Assembly (NCBI GenBank): GCA_963667175.2
Contig: CAXXXF010000015.1
Span: forward strand, 608,001-672,000
Direction: 5' to 3'
DNA: 64,000 nucleotides
DNA from: Candidatus Latescibacterota bacterium
GTDB taxonomy: Bacteria; Latescibacterota; UBA2968; GCA-2709665
Part shown: positions 28,900 to 40,571 of the stretch, in pieces
How the letters are laid out: each line of letters starts with the position of its first letter
Position numbering within the stretch: the stretch's first letter is position 1
The notes under the pieces: model-generated
The model's input: only the letters and a program-made list of their open reading frames with translations
What the model was told of the DNA's origin: nothing
Databases searched by the model: none
Program-made: the position numbers and the translations under genes

Positions 28900-30204
28900 T
28901 CACTCCTGCGGCCGGCTACCGTACCCCAGATCGTAGGGACGAACTTCCACGTAGAGACGCGCCCGTGTTTCCGCGATTACCTCGTCAAACCGCTCTTGCA
29001 GGCGTACCTGTTGGATGATTCCCTCTATGGCTTCCTGGTCGTCGTTCACCTTTACGACATGCCATCCGTACTCCGTCTGTACCGGGGCGCTCACTTCGCC
29101 CATGCGCATGGTTTTCACGACGGCCGAGAATTCTGACGGTAAATTTTCCGTCGTGAACGGTCCGGGAAGCCGCCCGCCCTTCTTGGCGGTCTCCTCGTGC
29201 ACGGAATGTTTTCTGGCCAATTCCGCGAAGTCAGCCCCAGCCTGAACCTTCTTTGCCAGTTCGAGCGCCTTGTCGTAGGCCTTCTTCACGTCCCGCGTCG
29301 AGGGTTGCAGCGGGATGAGTATGTGCCGCGCCCTTACCTGGTCGCCGGCCGCCGCCTCAACCTTGATGACGTGGTAACCGAACTTCGTCTTGACCGGCGC
29401 GCTGACCTCCCCGGGCCGCAGCGCAAAGGCAGCCTCCTCGAACGCCGGAACCATCCGTCCTCGCGGGAAATATCCCAGGTCGCCGCCATCCTCCCTGCTG
29501 CCGACGTCGCTGGAAACCTGCCGGGCCAGCGTTGCGAAGTCTTCACCCTTTTTCAAGCGGTCGATGATCTCGTTCGCCTGCGCTCTGACTTCCGCGTCGC
29601 GATCGTCGGAGGCTTCGATCGCCAGCAGAATATGACTGATACTCAACAACGGTGGCAGTTCGTCCTTATATCGGGCCTTATAGTCCTGAACGTCCTTGAA
29701 TGACACTTCGACCTGTTCGCTCAGGCGCGTGTACATCTGGTGGCGCAGGAAATCCTTTCGCGTCTTCTGACGATACTGGTCACGCAGATCCCGTTCCGTC
29801 ACACCCCCTTCGGCAAGCTGGCCTGCAAACGCCTCTTCGCCATGTTCCGCCTTGAGTTCCCGAATCTGGGACCGAACCGCGCGTTCGATGACCTCCTCGT
29901 CTACCTCGATGCTGTCCTCTTCCGCCCTGGCCAGCAGCAGTTTTTCCTGGATCATGTTCTCCAGGATAACCTCGAACAATTCGCTCACCCTGTCCGGCGT
30001 GAGATCCTCCCTGCTCATCCCCTGCTGCATGGCAACCAGCGCCATGTTCGACATCACGTCGGAGCGCAGGACGATCTGATCGTCCACTACCGCCACAATC
30101 TGGTCGAGTAGCTGCGGCTTTGCCGAGGCGCTCGCGGCGAACATCGTCGCCAGAGCCGCCGCCAGGATGACACGCACGCGCCTTGAACAAGCTGTTGTCA
30201 TCAT
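28900..30204 (-). CDS. surA: SurA-like peptidyl-prolyl isomerase chaperone
   Basis: Signal peptide, LDQIVAVVD and two parvulin domains (SHILL...GGDLG...FGYHVIK; ARHIL...YGWHVVK). The longer ORF-track start reads through a MITE fragment. Confidence 0.9.
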   Translation of the reverse strand: MMTTACSRRVRVILAAALATMFAASASAKPQLLDQIVAVVDDQIVLRSDVMSNMALVAMQQGMSREDLTPDRVSELFEVILENMIQEKLLLARAEEDSIEVDEEVIERAVRSQIRELKAEHGEEAFAGQLAEGGVTERDLRDQYRQKTRKDFLRHQMYTRLSEQVEVSFKDVQDYKARYKDELPPLLSISHILLAIEASDDRDAEVRAQANEIIDRLKKGEDFATLARQVSSDVGSREDGGDLGYFPRGRMVPAFEEAAFALRPGEVSAPVKTKFGYHVIKVEAAAGDQVRARHILIPLQPSTRDVKKAYDKALELAKKVQAGADFAELARKHSVHEETAKKGGRLPGPFTTENLPSEFSAVVKTMRMGEVSAPVQTEYGWHVVKVNDDQEAIEGIIQQVRLQERFDEVIAETRARLYVEVRPYDLGYGSRPQE

Positions 30205-30265
30205 GCCTTTTCTCCGAATGTCGGACAGATGCCCACCGCCGTGCACGGAATGCGCTGCAATGATC

Positions 30266-30334
30266 CGGTCGCGCGCCTTGTCTTCGGCCACAATGACTCG
30301 GCCTCGCCTGCAGAGCGACTTTATAAACGGACTG
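30266..30334 (-). mobile_element. MITE fragment (other end)
   Basis: Nearly identical to the reverse complement of 27268-27336. Confidence 0.8.
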
Positions 30335-30418
30335 TTAGCTGACGGCCCGCGCATCGTATGGTTCCAAATGAACCGCCCAGGAAAAAGACTGCCGGAAGTC
30401 GGCCGGGAATATATGCGC

Positions 30419-33400
30419 TCAAACGAGGCTATGCAACACCATTTTGGCATTTGCAAGGCGTTCGCCGGGGCTCTGGCCATCCAACTCGGCCTCGATAAGC
30501 ACCTGTTCGCCCAGGGAAAAATGCAGCGGGACAGGCGCAGCCGCCACCCAGTCCTCCACCTGCTTCCGCGTCAGCGTGCGGTCCTTCGGAAACGCGACCG
30601 CCAACATCCGACCCGTCCTTACCGTGCGCGCGCGAAGCTGCCGCGCCAGCAGCCGCACGGTTATTTTGTCAAGCAGCGCCGCAACGGGCGCCGGCAACCG
30701 GCCGAACCGGTCCGTCATCTCCTCTTCCAGCGCCAGGACCTCCACCGTCTGCAGGCACTCGCCCAGCCGCTGGTAAAACTGCATCTTCAGATCTTCATCA
30801 GAAATATACGCTTCCGGAATATAGGCGGAGACGGCCACCTGCACCTCCGGCTCGGCCGCAGGTTCGGCCTCATTGCCGTGAACCTGAGCGATGGCTTCAT
30901 CCAGCAGCCGGCAGTAGAGTTCGAATCCTACCGCCGCGATATGCCCGTGCTGCTGCGCCCCCAGCAGATTGCCCGTCCCACGGATCTCCATGTCCCGCAT
31001 TGAAATGTTGAAGCCGGAACCCAGATCCGCGAATTCCTCGATGGCGCGCAGACGACGGACCGCGGGCTTTTTCAGTGATTTCCACGAAGGAATCAGAAGA
31101 TACGCATACGCCTGCCGCGCGGAACGTCCCACGCGGCCGCGAAGCTGGTAGAGTTGTGCGAGTCCCATCCGGTCGGCGCGGTTCACAATCAGCGTATTCA
31201 CACTCGGAATATCCAGCCCCGACTCGATAATCATCGTGGAAACCAGACAGTCGTACCGGCCTTCGAGAAAATCCATCATCACCTTTTCAAGTTGTCTTTC
31301 CGGCATCTGACCATGGGCGACCCCAAAACGCACCTGCGGGACGAGCCGCTCGAGGAAATTTACAATGGCGGGCATCGACTGCACCCTGTTGTGGACAAAA
31401 TACACCTGCCCGTCCCGGTCTATCTCCCGCAGGATGGCCTCCGCAACCCTCTCTTCGTCAAACGGGAGGACTTCGGTCGTAATCGGCAGGCGGTCTTTCG
31501 GAGGCGTACGGATAATCGACATATCCCGGGCCCCCATCAGGGACATATGGAGCGTCCTGGGAATCGGAGTCGCCGTCAGCGTCAGGACGTCCACCTGCCG
31601 CCGTATCTGCTTCAGCCGCTCCTTATGGCGAACGCCGAACCTGTGCTCTTCGTCTATCACGAGCAATCCCAGATCCCTGAACCGAACGTCCTGCGACAAC
31701 AGGCGGTGTGTGCCCACCGCAACGTCCACCCGTCCGGCCGTCAGGCCTTCGAGAGCCGTCCGCTGCTCTCGTGGCGTTCGAAACCGGCTCAACACGTCGA
31801 CGGTAACGGGCAAGCCGTCCATTCGTTCCAGGAACGTCCGGAAATGCTGCTGCGCCAGAATGGTGGTTGGCGCCAGCACCGCAACCTGCTTTCCATCGGC
31901 CACGGCCTTGAATGCGGCGCGTACCGCCACTTCGGTCTTCCCGTATCCAACGTCGCCGCACACCAGGCGGTCCATCGGCGCCGACTGTTCCATGTCCTTT
32001 TTGACTTCATGAATCGTCTGGAGTTGATCCCGCGTCTCCTGGAACGGAAACGAGGCTTCGAGCGCTCCCTGGAGCGCCGTGTCGTCCGAAAACCTGATGC
32101 CGGGCGTTGCCTTTCGCTCCGCGTAAAGGGACAGCAACTCCGCCGCCATTTTGAAGACCTCTTTTTTGGCCTTCTCCTTTACGCGTTCCCAGGTCCCCGT
32201 ACCCAGTTTGCTCAATGCCGGGACGACACTGTCCTGTCCCGCGTACTTCTGCACGCGGTCCATCTGGTCCACCGGCACGTACACCCGGTCGCCGCCGCGA
32301 TAGAACATCGTCAGACAGTCCTGCCGCACGCCGTCGACCGTAAGGTGCTCGATCCCTTCGTATCGCCCGATGCCGTGGTCCACGTGGACGACGAAATCTC
32401 CCGCTCTGAGGCTCGAAATGCTGCGGATCGGCGTCGCGTCCTTGAACCGCCGGTAGCGGCGGCGACGGCGCGCGCGGGTATAAATCTCGTGGTCGTTCAG
32501 CACGAGCACCCGCGCCGCTGGAGACGGGTAGGCGAAGCCGCTGCGCAGGGTGCCCACGGCTATCGAGATCAGGTGCTCCTCTTCTTCCAGCAGTTCTTCA
32601 AACCGGGCTTTCTGGCCCTGGCTCTCGCACAACAGCACCACCTCGTAATCCGCCTGCCAGTGGCTCCTCAGATCCTCTCTCAGTGTCTCCAGATGCCCCT
32701 CGTACCGCCGTCCGCCGACGCCCGAAAAGTGGACGCCATCCTCCGAACGTCCGCCCAGCGGCCAGTTCAGGACCCTGCGCATACCGGCCAGCCGCTTCAG
32801 AACCGTCTCCGGACGCCGGGCCACGGCGTCCGCCGGAAGCGGCTCCGGCTCTCCGCGCCTCTTCTTCTGGCGCCGGGCCGCCACCTCCACCCGCGCCCAC
32901 GCGTCCACCGCGGCGGTTTCGACGGCGGCGGGGTCGTCCACCACGACGTAACCTTCCGAAACGTGGTCCAGGAGACAGGTCCCGTCTCTGTACAGAACAC
33001 CCAGGTAATGCTCCAGTCCGTCAAATGCGCCCTGGGTCTCCATCAGTTCACGCACGCCTTCCAGGTTCATCCCAAGCCGCTGTTCCGCTTCGGCCAGGTG
33101 CGCCGCGAACACGTCGTCCAGCGTCTCTGCCAGGACGGCCTCGCGGCACGGCAGCACCCGCACCGTCTCGTGCGCGTCCACCGACCGCTGCGTACCCAGA
33201 TCGAACGCTCGAATGGATTCCACCTCATCGCCAAAAAACTCGATTCGGACCGGATGGGCGCTGCCGAACGAGCACACGTCCAGAATTCCGCCCCGCACGC
33301 TGAACTGCCCCACCCCGCCCACCAGCGTCACCCGCTCAAAGCCGATATCCACCAGATGTTCAGCCAGTGAATCCGGCGCAACCTCTTCCCCGACCCGTAG

Positions 33401-33829
33401 TTCCCGAATCGCGAGATCATACAGGTCCGGCGGCAACGTGTGGCTCAGCAGGGCCTCCACCGGAACGACCACGACCCCGTTCCGTGCCGCCTGCAGCTGA
33501 TCCAGCGCCTCCAGCCGAAGCCCCATCACGTCGAGATGGGGCGACCGACGGTCGTAAGGCGATCCGCCCCAGGCGGGGAAAATCCCGACGCGGCTCGAAC
33601 CCAGCACGCGCTCCAGATCGTCGCGCACTTCTTCCGCTCGATCCTCGGAAGCGCACACCACCAGCACCGGCGCCGTCGCCTTCTCCTCCACCCACGCAAT
33701 ACCGAACGCCGCAAGCGAACCCGGCAGCCCGCGCACGGGAATCTCAGGCGCGCGGGACTCGATCAGACGCGCCAATTCCTCAAACGGCTGAGACTTGACC
33801 ATCCTGTCGTATATCCGCCTGATCGACAC
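30419..33829 (-). CDS. mfd: Transcription-repair coupling factor
   Basis: VVHVDHGIGRY, GDVGYGKTEVA, DEEHRFG, QLRGRVGR and RDMEIRGTGNLLG. Confidence 0.98.
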   Translation of the reverse strand: MSIRRIYDRMVKSQPFEELARLIESRAPEIPVRGLPGSLAAFGIAWVEEKATAPVLVVCASEDRAEEVRDDLERVLGSSRVGIFPAWGGSPYDRRSPHLDVMGLRLEALDQLQAARNGVVVVPVEALLSHTLPPDLYDLAIRELRVGEEVAPDSLAEHLVDIGFERVTLVGGVGQFSVRGGILDVCSFGSAHPVRIEFFGDEVESIRAFDLGTQRSVDAHETVRVLPCREAVLAETLDDVFAAHLAEAEQRLGMNLEGVRELMETQGAFDGLEHYLGVLYRDGTCLLDHVSEGYVVVDDPAAVETAAVDAWARVEVAARRQKKRRGEPEPLPADAVARRPETVLKRLAGMRRVLNWPLGGRSEDGVHFSGVGGRRYEGHLETLREDLRSHWQADYEVVLLCESQGQKARFEELLEEEEHLISIAVGTLRSGFAYPSPAARVLVLNDHEIYTRARRRRRYRRFKDATPIRSISSLRAGDFVVHVDHGIGRYEGIEHLTVDGVRQDCLTMFYRGGDRVYVPVDQMDRVQKYAGQDSVVPALSKLGTGTWERVKEKAKKEVFKMAAELLSLYAERKATPGIRFSDDTALQGALEASFPFQETRDQLQTIHEVKKDMEQSAPMDRLVCGDVGYGKTEVAVRAAFKAVADGKQVAVLAPTTILAQQHFRTFLERMDGLPVTVDVLSRFRTPREQRTALEGLTAGRVDVAVGTHRLLSQDVRFRDLGLLVIDEEHRFGVRHKERLKQIRRQVDVLTLTATPIPRTLHMSLMGARDMSIIRTPPKDRLPITTEVLPFDEERVAEAILREIDRDGQVYFVHNRVQSMPAIVNFLERLVPQVRFGVAHGQMPERQLEKVMMDFLEGRYDCLVSTMIIESGLDIPSVNTLIVNRADRMGLAQLYQLRGRVGRSARQAYAYLLIPSWKSLKKPAVRRLRAIEEFADLGSGFNISMRDMEIRGTGNLLGAQQHGHIAAVGFELYCRLLDEAIAQVHGNEAEPAAEPEVQVAVSAYIPEAYISDEDLKMQFYQRLGECLQTVEVLALEEEMTDRFGRLPAPVAALLDKITVRLLARQLRARTVRTGRMLAVAFPKDRTLTRKQVEDWVAAAPVPLHFSLGEQVLIEAELDGQSPGERLANAKMVLHSLV

Positions 33830-33930
33830 TCAAATCCCCTCACGTGTCCCGTCCGACGCCACCCGTACGCATGATTTTGGCCAAAAAAAGAAATAACCCG
33901 ACCCCATTTGCGGGGATCAGCCAAAACGCC

Positions 33931-33960
33931 AAAACGCCCGACCCTGGTTTGAGTCGGGCA
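33931..33960 (-). terminator. Hairpin terminator downstream of the tRNA
   Basis: GCCCGAC/GTCGGGC stem followed by a short T run on the minus strand. Confidence 0.55.
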
Positions 33961-33976
33961 TTTCCTCATGTTTAAA

Positions 33977-34055
33977 TGGCGGGGTAGACGGGACTCGAAC
34001 CCGCGACCTCAGGCTTGACAGGCCTGCACTCTCACCAATACTGAGCTACTACCCC
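33977..34055 (-). tRNA. tRNA-Asp (GTC)
   Basis: GGGGTAG/CTACCCC acceptor stem plus G-CCA, anticodon arm CAGGC-CTGTCAA-GCCTG and GGTTCGAGTCC T-arm. Confidence 0.96.
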
Positions 34056-34093
34056 GCATTGTGCTCAAATCTGCTGTCATTTGAGCGGGCGTA

Positions 34094-34122
34094 AAGATAA
34101 CACAGCCCCCTGAAGCTGTCAA
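34094..34122 (-). promoter_or_regulatory. sigma70 promoter of tRNA-Asp
   Basis: TTGACA-17-TATCTT with a TGn extension. Confidence 0.75.
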
Positions 34123-34164
34123 GTCCTTTCAGGTACATTCTGCTGCGTCAGGGGGTGTCCCTCC

Positions 34165-34193
34165 TTGCCTCGCTCTCCCCTTTGTCTTATATT
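34165..34193 (+). promoter_or_regulatory. sigma70 promoter of hom
   Basis: TTGCCT-17-TATATT. Confidence 0.6.
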
Positions 34194-34298
34194 GGTCCCT
34201 CGCCTCGGTTCCGTCCATATTTCAGGGTCATTTCCTCCGCGGCGGTAACAACCTCTGGGAATACGCGGCCAACCACTTTCCGGACCATGGATTCCAGC

Positions 34299-35606
34299 AT
34301 GTCCAATCGCCGACCCATCGGTATCGGTCTCATCGGCATGGGCGTCGTCGGCGCCGGCGTCGTCCGTTTACTCAGAGAACGTGCGGGCTATTTCAGGTCC
34401 ATACGCGGCGTGCCGCTTGACCTGAGGCGCATCGCCGTGAAGGATGTCTCCAGGCCGCGCGATCGGGATCTGCCCTCTGATATCCTCACCGGGAACCCCC
34501 GTGAGGTCGTTGAAGATCCCGAAGTCCAGATTGTCGTTGAAGTGATGGGAGGGTTGGATCCTGCCCGGGAACTCTGCCTCAATGCGCTAAAGAACGGAAA
34601 AGACCTGGCAACCGCGAACAAAGCCCTGCTCGCGGAACAGGGCGACGACCTCTTCAGCGCCGCGGCGCGCAACGGCGCAAACATCGGCTTCGAAGCCAGC
34701 GTCTGCGGCGGCATCCCCATCATCCGATCGCTGACGGACGGTCTGGCGGCAAACCGAATTCAGTCCATTTACGGTATTCTCAATGGCACGACCAACTACA
34801 TTCTCACCCGGATGACCGACGATGGAGGAGACTTTCAGGCCATGCTGCGCCGGGCGCAGGAAAAGGGATTTGCCGAGGCGGATCCGACCATGGACGTCGA
34901 CGGCACGGACGTCGCCCAGAAACTCGCCCTTCTGTGCCGCATCGCGTTCCGTGTCGGCCTGGATCCCTCCCACATCCTCAAAGAGGGCATCTCGCACGTT
35001 TCTTCGCTGGATATCGACTTTGCGGGAGAACTCGGATATACCATCAAGCTCCTGGCCATAGCGAAGGCGATCGGAACCCGCATTGAAGCCCGCGTCCACC
35101 CGTGCCTTGTGCCCTCCGGCGCACTGCTGGCGAATATCAAGGACGAATTCAACGCCGTGGAGATCGTGGGCAATGCAGCCGGTCCACAGGTTCTGTATGG
35201 CCGCGGCGCCGGGCAGATGCCCACGGCGAGCGCCGTCGTTTCCGATCTGATCGACCTGGCGGAACGCCGTCTGACGGGCCGCGCCTCGGGTCGCGCCGCT
35301 TTTGCGAACCTGCCCCGTGCCGACGCCATTCCGCCGGAAGAGGTCGAAACCAGCTTCTACTGCCGCTTTACGGTATTTGACCGGCCCGGGGTCCTCGCCA
35401 GGATCGCCCGTATCTTTTCAGAGCAGGACATCAGCATCGCGACCGTTATCCAGCACGGCCGGTCTGAAACCGAACAGGGCGCCGTACCGCTCATCATGAC
35501 GACCCACGAAGCCCGCGAAGCCAGCATGCGCACGGCGGTTCAGCAAATCGACCGGCTTTCCGTAATTACCGAGCCTTCGCAGATCCTTCGCGTCGAAGCG
35601 CTTTAG
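34299..35606 (+). CDS. hom: Homoserine dehydrogenase with ACT domain
   Basis: GMGVVGAG, TANKAL, FEASVCGGIP, GILNGTTNYIL, GRGAG..PTASAV and DRPGVLA. An alternative start lies at 34287. Confidence 0.97.
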   Translation: MSNRRPIGIGLIGMGVVGAGVVRLLRERAGYFRSIRGVPLDLRRIAVKDVSRPRDRDLPSDILTGNPREVVEDPEVQIVVEVMGGLDPARELCLNALKNGKDLATANKALLAEQGDDLFSAAARNGANIGFEASVCGGIPIIRSLTDGLAANRIQSIYGILNGTTNYILTRMTDDGGDFQAMLRRAQEKGFAEADPTMDVDGTDVAQKLALLCRIAFRVGLDPSHILKEGISHVSSLDIDFAGELGYTIKLLAIAKAIGTRIEARVHPCLVPSGALLANIKDEFNAVEIVGNAAGPQVLYGRGAGQMPTASAVVSDLIDLAERRLTGRASGRAAFANLPRADAIPPEEVETSFYCRFTVFDRPGVLARIARIFSEQDISIATVIQHGRSETEQGAVPLIMTTHEAREASMRTAVQQIDRLSVITEPSQILRVEAL

Positions 35607-35625
35607 AAGAACACCGCCGAAACGT

Positions 35626-38112
35626 CTATTTCGAGTCTCCGTTCGGGCCGGTATCCGGCGGAAGGCCCGCGGACCCGTCCCCGTTGTTCTGGGAAACCAC
35701 GCGGGCAACGTCCATCACCTCGTCGTCCTCGTCGAGATTGATGAGACGCACGCCCTGTGTATTCCTGCCGATCGAACTGATTTCACCGATCGGCTGCCGG
35801 ATCAGGATGCCGTTCAGGGTCACGATCATCAGTTCATCTTCATCCACCACGCCTCTCACAGCTACCACCATGCCGTTGCGCTCGGAGGTCCTGATGTTGA
35901 TCACCCCCTTGCCGCCGCGGCGAGTCAGCCTGTAATCCGAGACCCCTGTCCGTTTGCCGTATCCCTTTGCCGAGACCGTCAGCAGGGTGCTTTCGGCGTC
36001 CTGAACCACCACCATGCACACCACTTCATCGCCTTCGTCAAGGGAGATGCCCCGCACTCCCCGCGTTCCCCGGCCCATGTCGCGCACGTCCTGTTCATGA
36101 AACCGGATGGCCTGCCCATTTCGGGTTGCCAGCACAATTTCCTGTGACCCGCTGGTAACTTCGGCCCCGATCAACCGGTCGTCATCCAAAACGTTCATGG
36201 CTATGATCCCGCCGCGCCTCGGCCGGCTGTACGCGGGCAGGACCGTCTTTTTGACCAGCCCGTTTCGCGTCACTTTCATCAGATGCCGCCCGTCTTCAAA
36301 CGCCTTTACCGGGACGATCGCGGCCACCTTGTGACCCTCGTCGATCTCGATCAGGTTGACCACTGGCCGCCCGCGCGAAACACGCCCGCCTTCGGGAATC
36401 TCGTGGACCTTCAACCCGTGGCAGTGACCCCTATCCGTCAGAAACAGAATGTAGCTGTGGGTGGACGCGATGAACAGATGCTCCACGAAATCCTCTTCCC
36501 TGGTCCGCATTCCCGTCACACCGCGCCCGCCCCTGTGCTGTTGCCGGTAGGTGTCCACCGGAATTCGTTTGATATATCCCTGGTGGGAAATGGTGATGAC
36601 CATGTCCTCGTCGGCGATCAGATCTTCGATGTTGAATTCCGATGCCGATAAAACAACGTCGGTCCGTCGGTCATCTCCGTACTTCGCCTCGACCTCCCGC
36701 AGTTCCGACCTTACAAGTTCCATCCGCTCCGGCCTGCTGTTGAGAATCGACTTGAGCCGTTCGATCTCTTTGACCAGGGCTTCGTATTCCTCTTCGATTT
36801 TACGGTGTTCGAGTCCCGTCAGCCGCTGTATGGTCATCGTCAGAACCGCCTGCGCCTGTTTTTCGGACAGGGACAGCCGTTCCATCAGGATCGTCCGGGC
36901 GGAATCCGGATCCTCGGCCCTCCGGACGATTTGAATCACCTCTTCAATCGCATCCAGCGCAATTCGCAATCCTTCCAGGATATGCGCGCGATCTTCCGCG
37001 ACCCGGAGCTCGTAGGAGGTCCGCCGCACCACGACGTCGTGCCGGTGATCGATATAGTGCTGAAGCAGTTGTTTCAGATTCAACTGCCTGGGCTGCCTGT
37101 CGACCAGTGCGATCATATTCGCGCCGAACGTGCTTTCCAGCTGCGTATGTTTGTAGAGCTGGTTCAGGACCACCTCGCTGTAGGCATCCGGTTTCAACTC
37201 CACCACCACCCGCATCCCCTTGCGGTCGGACTCGTCCCGGATATTCGAAATCCCTTCAACCCGCTTCTCCCGAACCAGATCGGCCATCTTCTCCAGCAAC
37301 GTGGCCTTGGCCACCATATAGGGGATTTCGCTAATGACAATGTTTTCGCGCCCGTTCTTCAAGGACTCCACGGTGGCGGTCGCCCGCACCCGGATCAGCC
37401 CGCGGCCGGTGCGGTAGGCGTCCAGCACGCCGCTCATTCCGTAAATCACCCCGCCGGTGGGAAAATCAGGACACGTAATGTATTCCATGAGATCCATGAC
37501 GTCCAGGTCGGGGTTGTCGATTAACGCCACCAGACCGGCGACCACTTCGCGGAGGTTGTGCGGGGGAATCGCCGTGGCCATGGTTACGGCAATCCCAACC
37601 GCGCCGTTGCAGAGCATATTCGGAAAGCGGGAGGGCAGGACGCCTGGTTCCTCGAGCCGTTCGTCGTAATTCGGGTGGAAATCCACCGTATCCTTGTCGA
37701 GGTCCTGCAACATCTCGCTGCCCGCGCCAGCCATTCTCGCCTCGGTATACCGCATCGCCGCCGGGGGATATCCGTCTATTGAGCCGAAATTGCCCTGTCC
37801 GTCAACGAGCGGATAGCGCAGCTTGAAGTCCTGCGCGAGATTGACCAGCGTCGGGTAGACGATTTCCTCGCCGTGAGGATGGTAGTTGCCGGATGTATGC
37901 CCGGCAATGTTGGCGCACTTCCTGTGCTGCCGGGCGGGACCCAGGCCCAGGTCGTTCATGGCGATGAGGATGCGCCGTTGCGAGGGCTTGAGCCCGTCGC
38001 GCACGTCCGGCAACGCGCGATTCACCAGCGTGCTCATGGAGTAGTCCAGCATGGACTTCTTCAGTTCGTCGCCGACGTCCATCGGGACAATCCGCTGCCG
38101 CGCGCTCAACAT
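35626..38112 (-). CDS. gyrA: DNA gyrase subunit A
   Basis: RALPDVRDGLKP, YHPHG, AAMRYTE and the GyrA-box QHRGGRG. Confidence 0.98.
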   Translation of the reverse strand: MLSARQRIVPMDVGDELKKSMLDYSMSTLVNRALPDVRDGLKPSQRRILIAMNDLGLGPARQHRKCANIAGHTSGNYHPHGEEIVYPTLVNLAQDFKLRYPLVDGQGNFGSIDGYPPAAMRYTEARMAGAGSEMLQDLDKDTVDFHPNYDERLEEPGVLPSRFPNMLCNGAVGIAVTMATAIPPHNLREVVAGLVALIDNPDLDVMDLMEYITCPDFPTGGVIYGMSGVLDAYRTGRGLIRVRATATVESLKNGRENIVISEIPYMVAKATLLEKMADLVREKRVEGISNIRDESDRKGMRVVVELKPDAYSEVVLNQLYKHTQLESTFGANMIALVDRQPRQLNLKQLLQHYIDHRHDVVVRRTSYELRVAEDRAHILEGLRIALDAIEEVIQIVRRAEDPDSARTILMERLSLSEKQAQAVLTMTIQRLTGLEHRKIEEEYEALVKEIERLKSILNSRPERMELVRSELREVEAKYGDDRRTDVVLSASEFNIEDLIADEDMVITISHQGYIKRIPVDTYRQQHRGGRGVTGMRTREEDFVEHLFIASTHSYILFLTDRGHCHGLKVHEIPEGGRVSRGRPVVNLIEIDEGHKVAAIVPVKAFEDGRHLMKVTRNGLVKKTVLPAYSRPRRGGIIAMNVLDDDRLIGAEVTSGSQEIVLATRNGQAIRFHEQDVRDMGRGTRGVRGISLDEGDEVVCMVVVQDAESTLLTVSAKGYGKRTGVSDYRLTRRGGKGVINIRTSERNGMVVAVRGVVDEDELMIVTLNGILIRQPIGEISSIGRNTQGVRLINLDEDDEVMDVARVVSQNNGDGSAGLPPDTGPNGDSK

Positions 38113-38183
38113 GCTCCGTATCCCCCGTGTTTGTCAGTTCGCTGCCCGATCCCGCGAGGCGGCAGGACAGCATGCATACGACG

Positions 38184-40127
<1,944 letters not shown>

Positions 40128-40196
40128 TCAACTCCTTGTTCGGATCGTTGTGAATCCCGGCTGTTGCAAACAAACCGCTACCGCGGCGGCAGTCGT

Positions 40197-40544
40197 TCAT
40201 CTCCCGAAGCGAATCGAGGTTACGACGTCGCGCCCCAGCGCCTCGTTCAATCCGGCCTGTATCCGATGCCGCTCGAACAGCAGACGGTGCCGTACGGCGT
40301 GCTGGCCGATCCAGATGACCAACTCGCCCCGGTGAATCTCTGCCGGACGCGCCATCGCATCCGGCAGACCGGTGATTTCGTCGATCATCTCCGGCAACAG
40401 CATCAGCGCACGCTGCTCCAGGAGCTTCGCGTCAATGCCGAGCCCCCGTATGCCGGCCTCCAGGGCCGCTCCCAGGGCAACGACGCCGGCATCTGTGCGA
40501 CCGGACAGACGCGGCCGGCTTCCGGATTCCTCGACGCGTCGCAA
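40197..40544 (-). CDS. DUF721 / DciA-family protein
   Basis: Conserved position between recF and gyrB; size and C-terminal VTSIRF fit the family. Confidence 0.75.
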   Translation of the reverse strand: MRRVEESGSRPRLSGRTDAGVVALGAALEAGIRGLGIDAKLLEQRALMLLPEMIDEITGLPDAMARPAEIHRGELVIWIGQHAVRHRLLFERHRIQAGLNEALGRDVVTSIRFGR

Positions 40545-40571
40545 TTCTCACTCCTGGCGGCGCCATCCCGA

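Noticed and set aside
30204-30480. N-terminal extensions of surA (and likewise tmk, FAH and rsmG) in the ORF track
   Set aside because: They read through MITE or repeat DNA; better starts with an RBS or signal peptide lie downstream.
31154-33370. 738-aa plus-strand ORF
   Set aside because: Antisense shadow of mfd.
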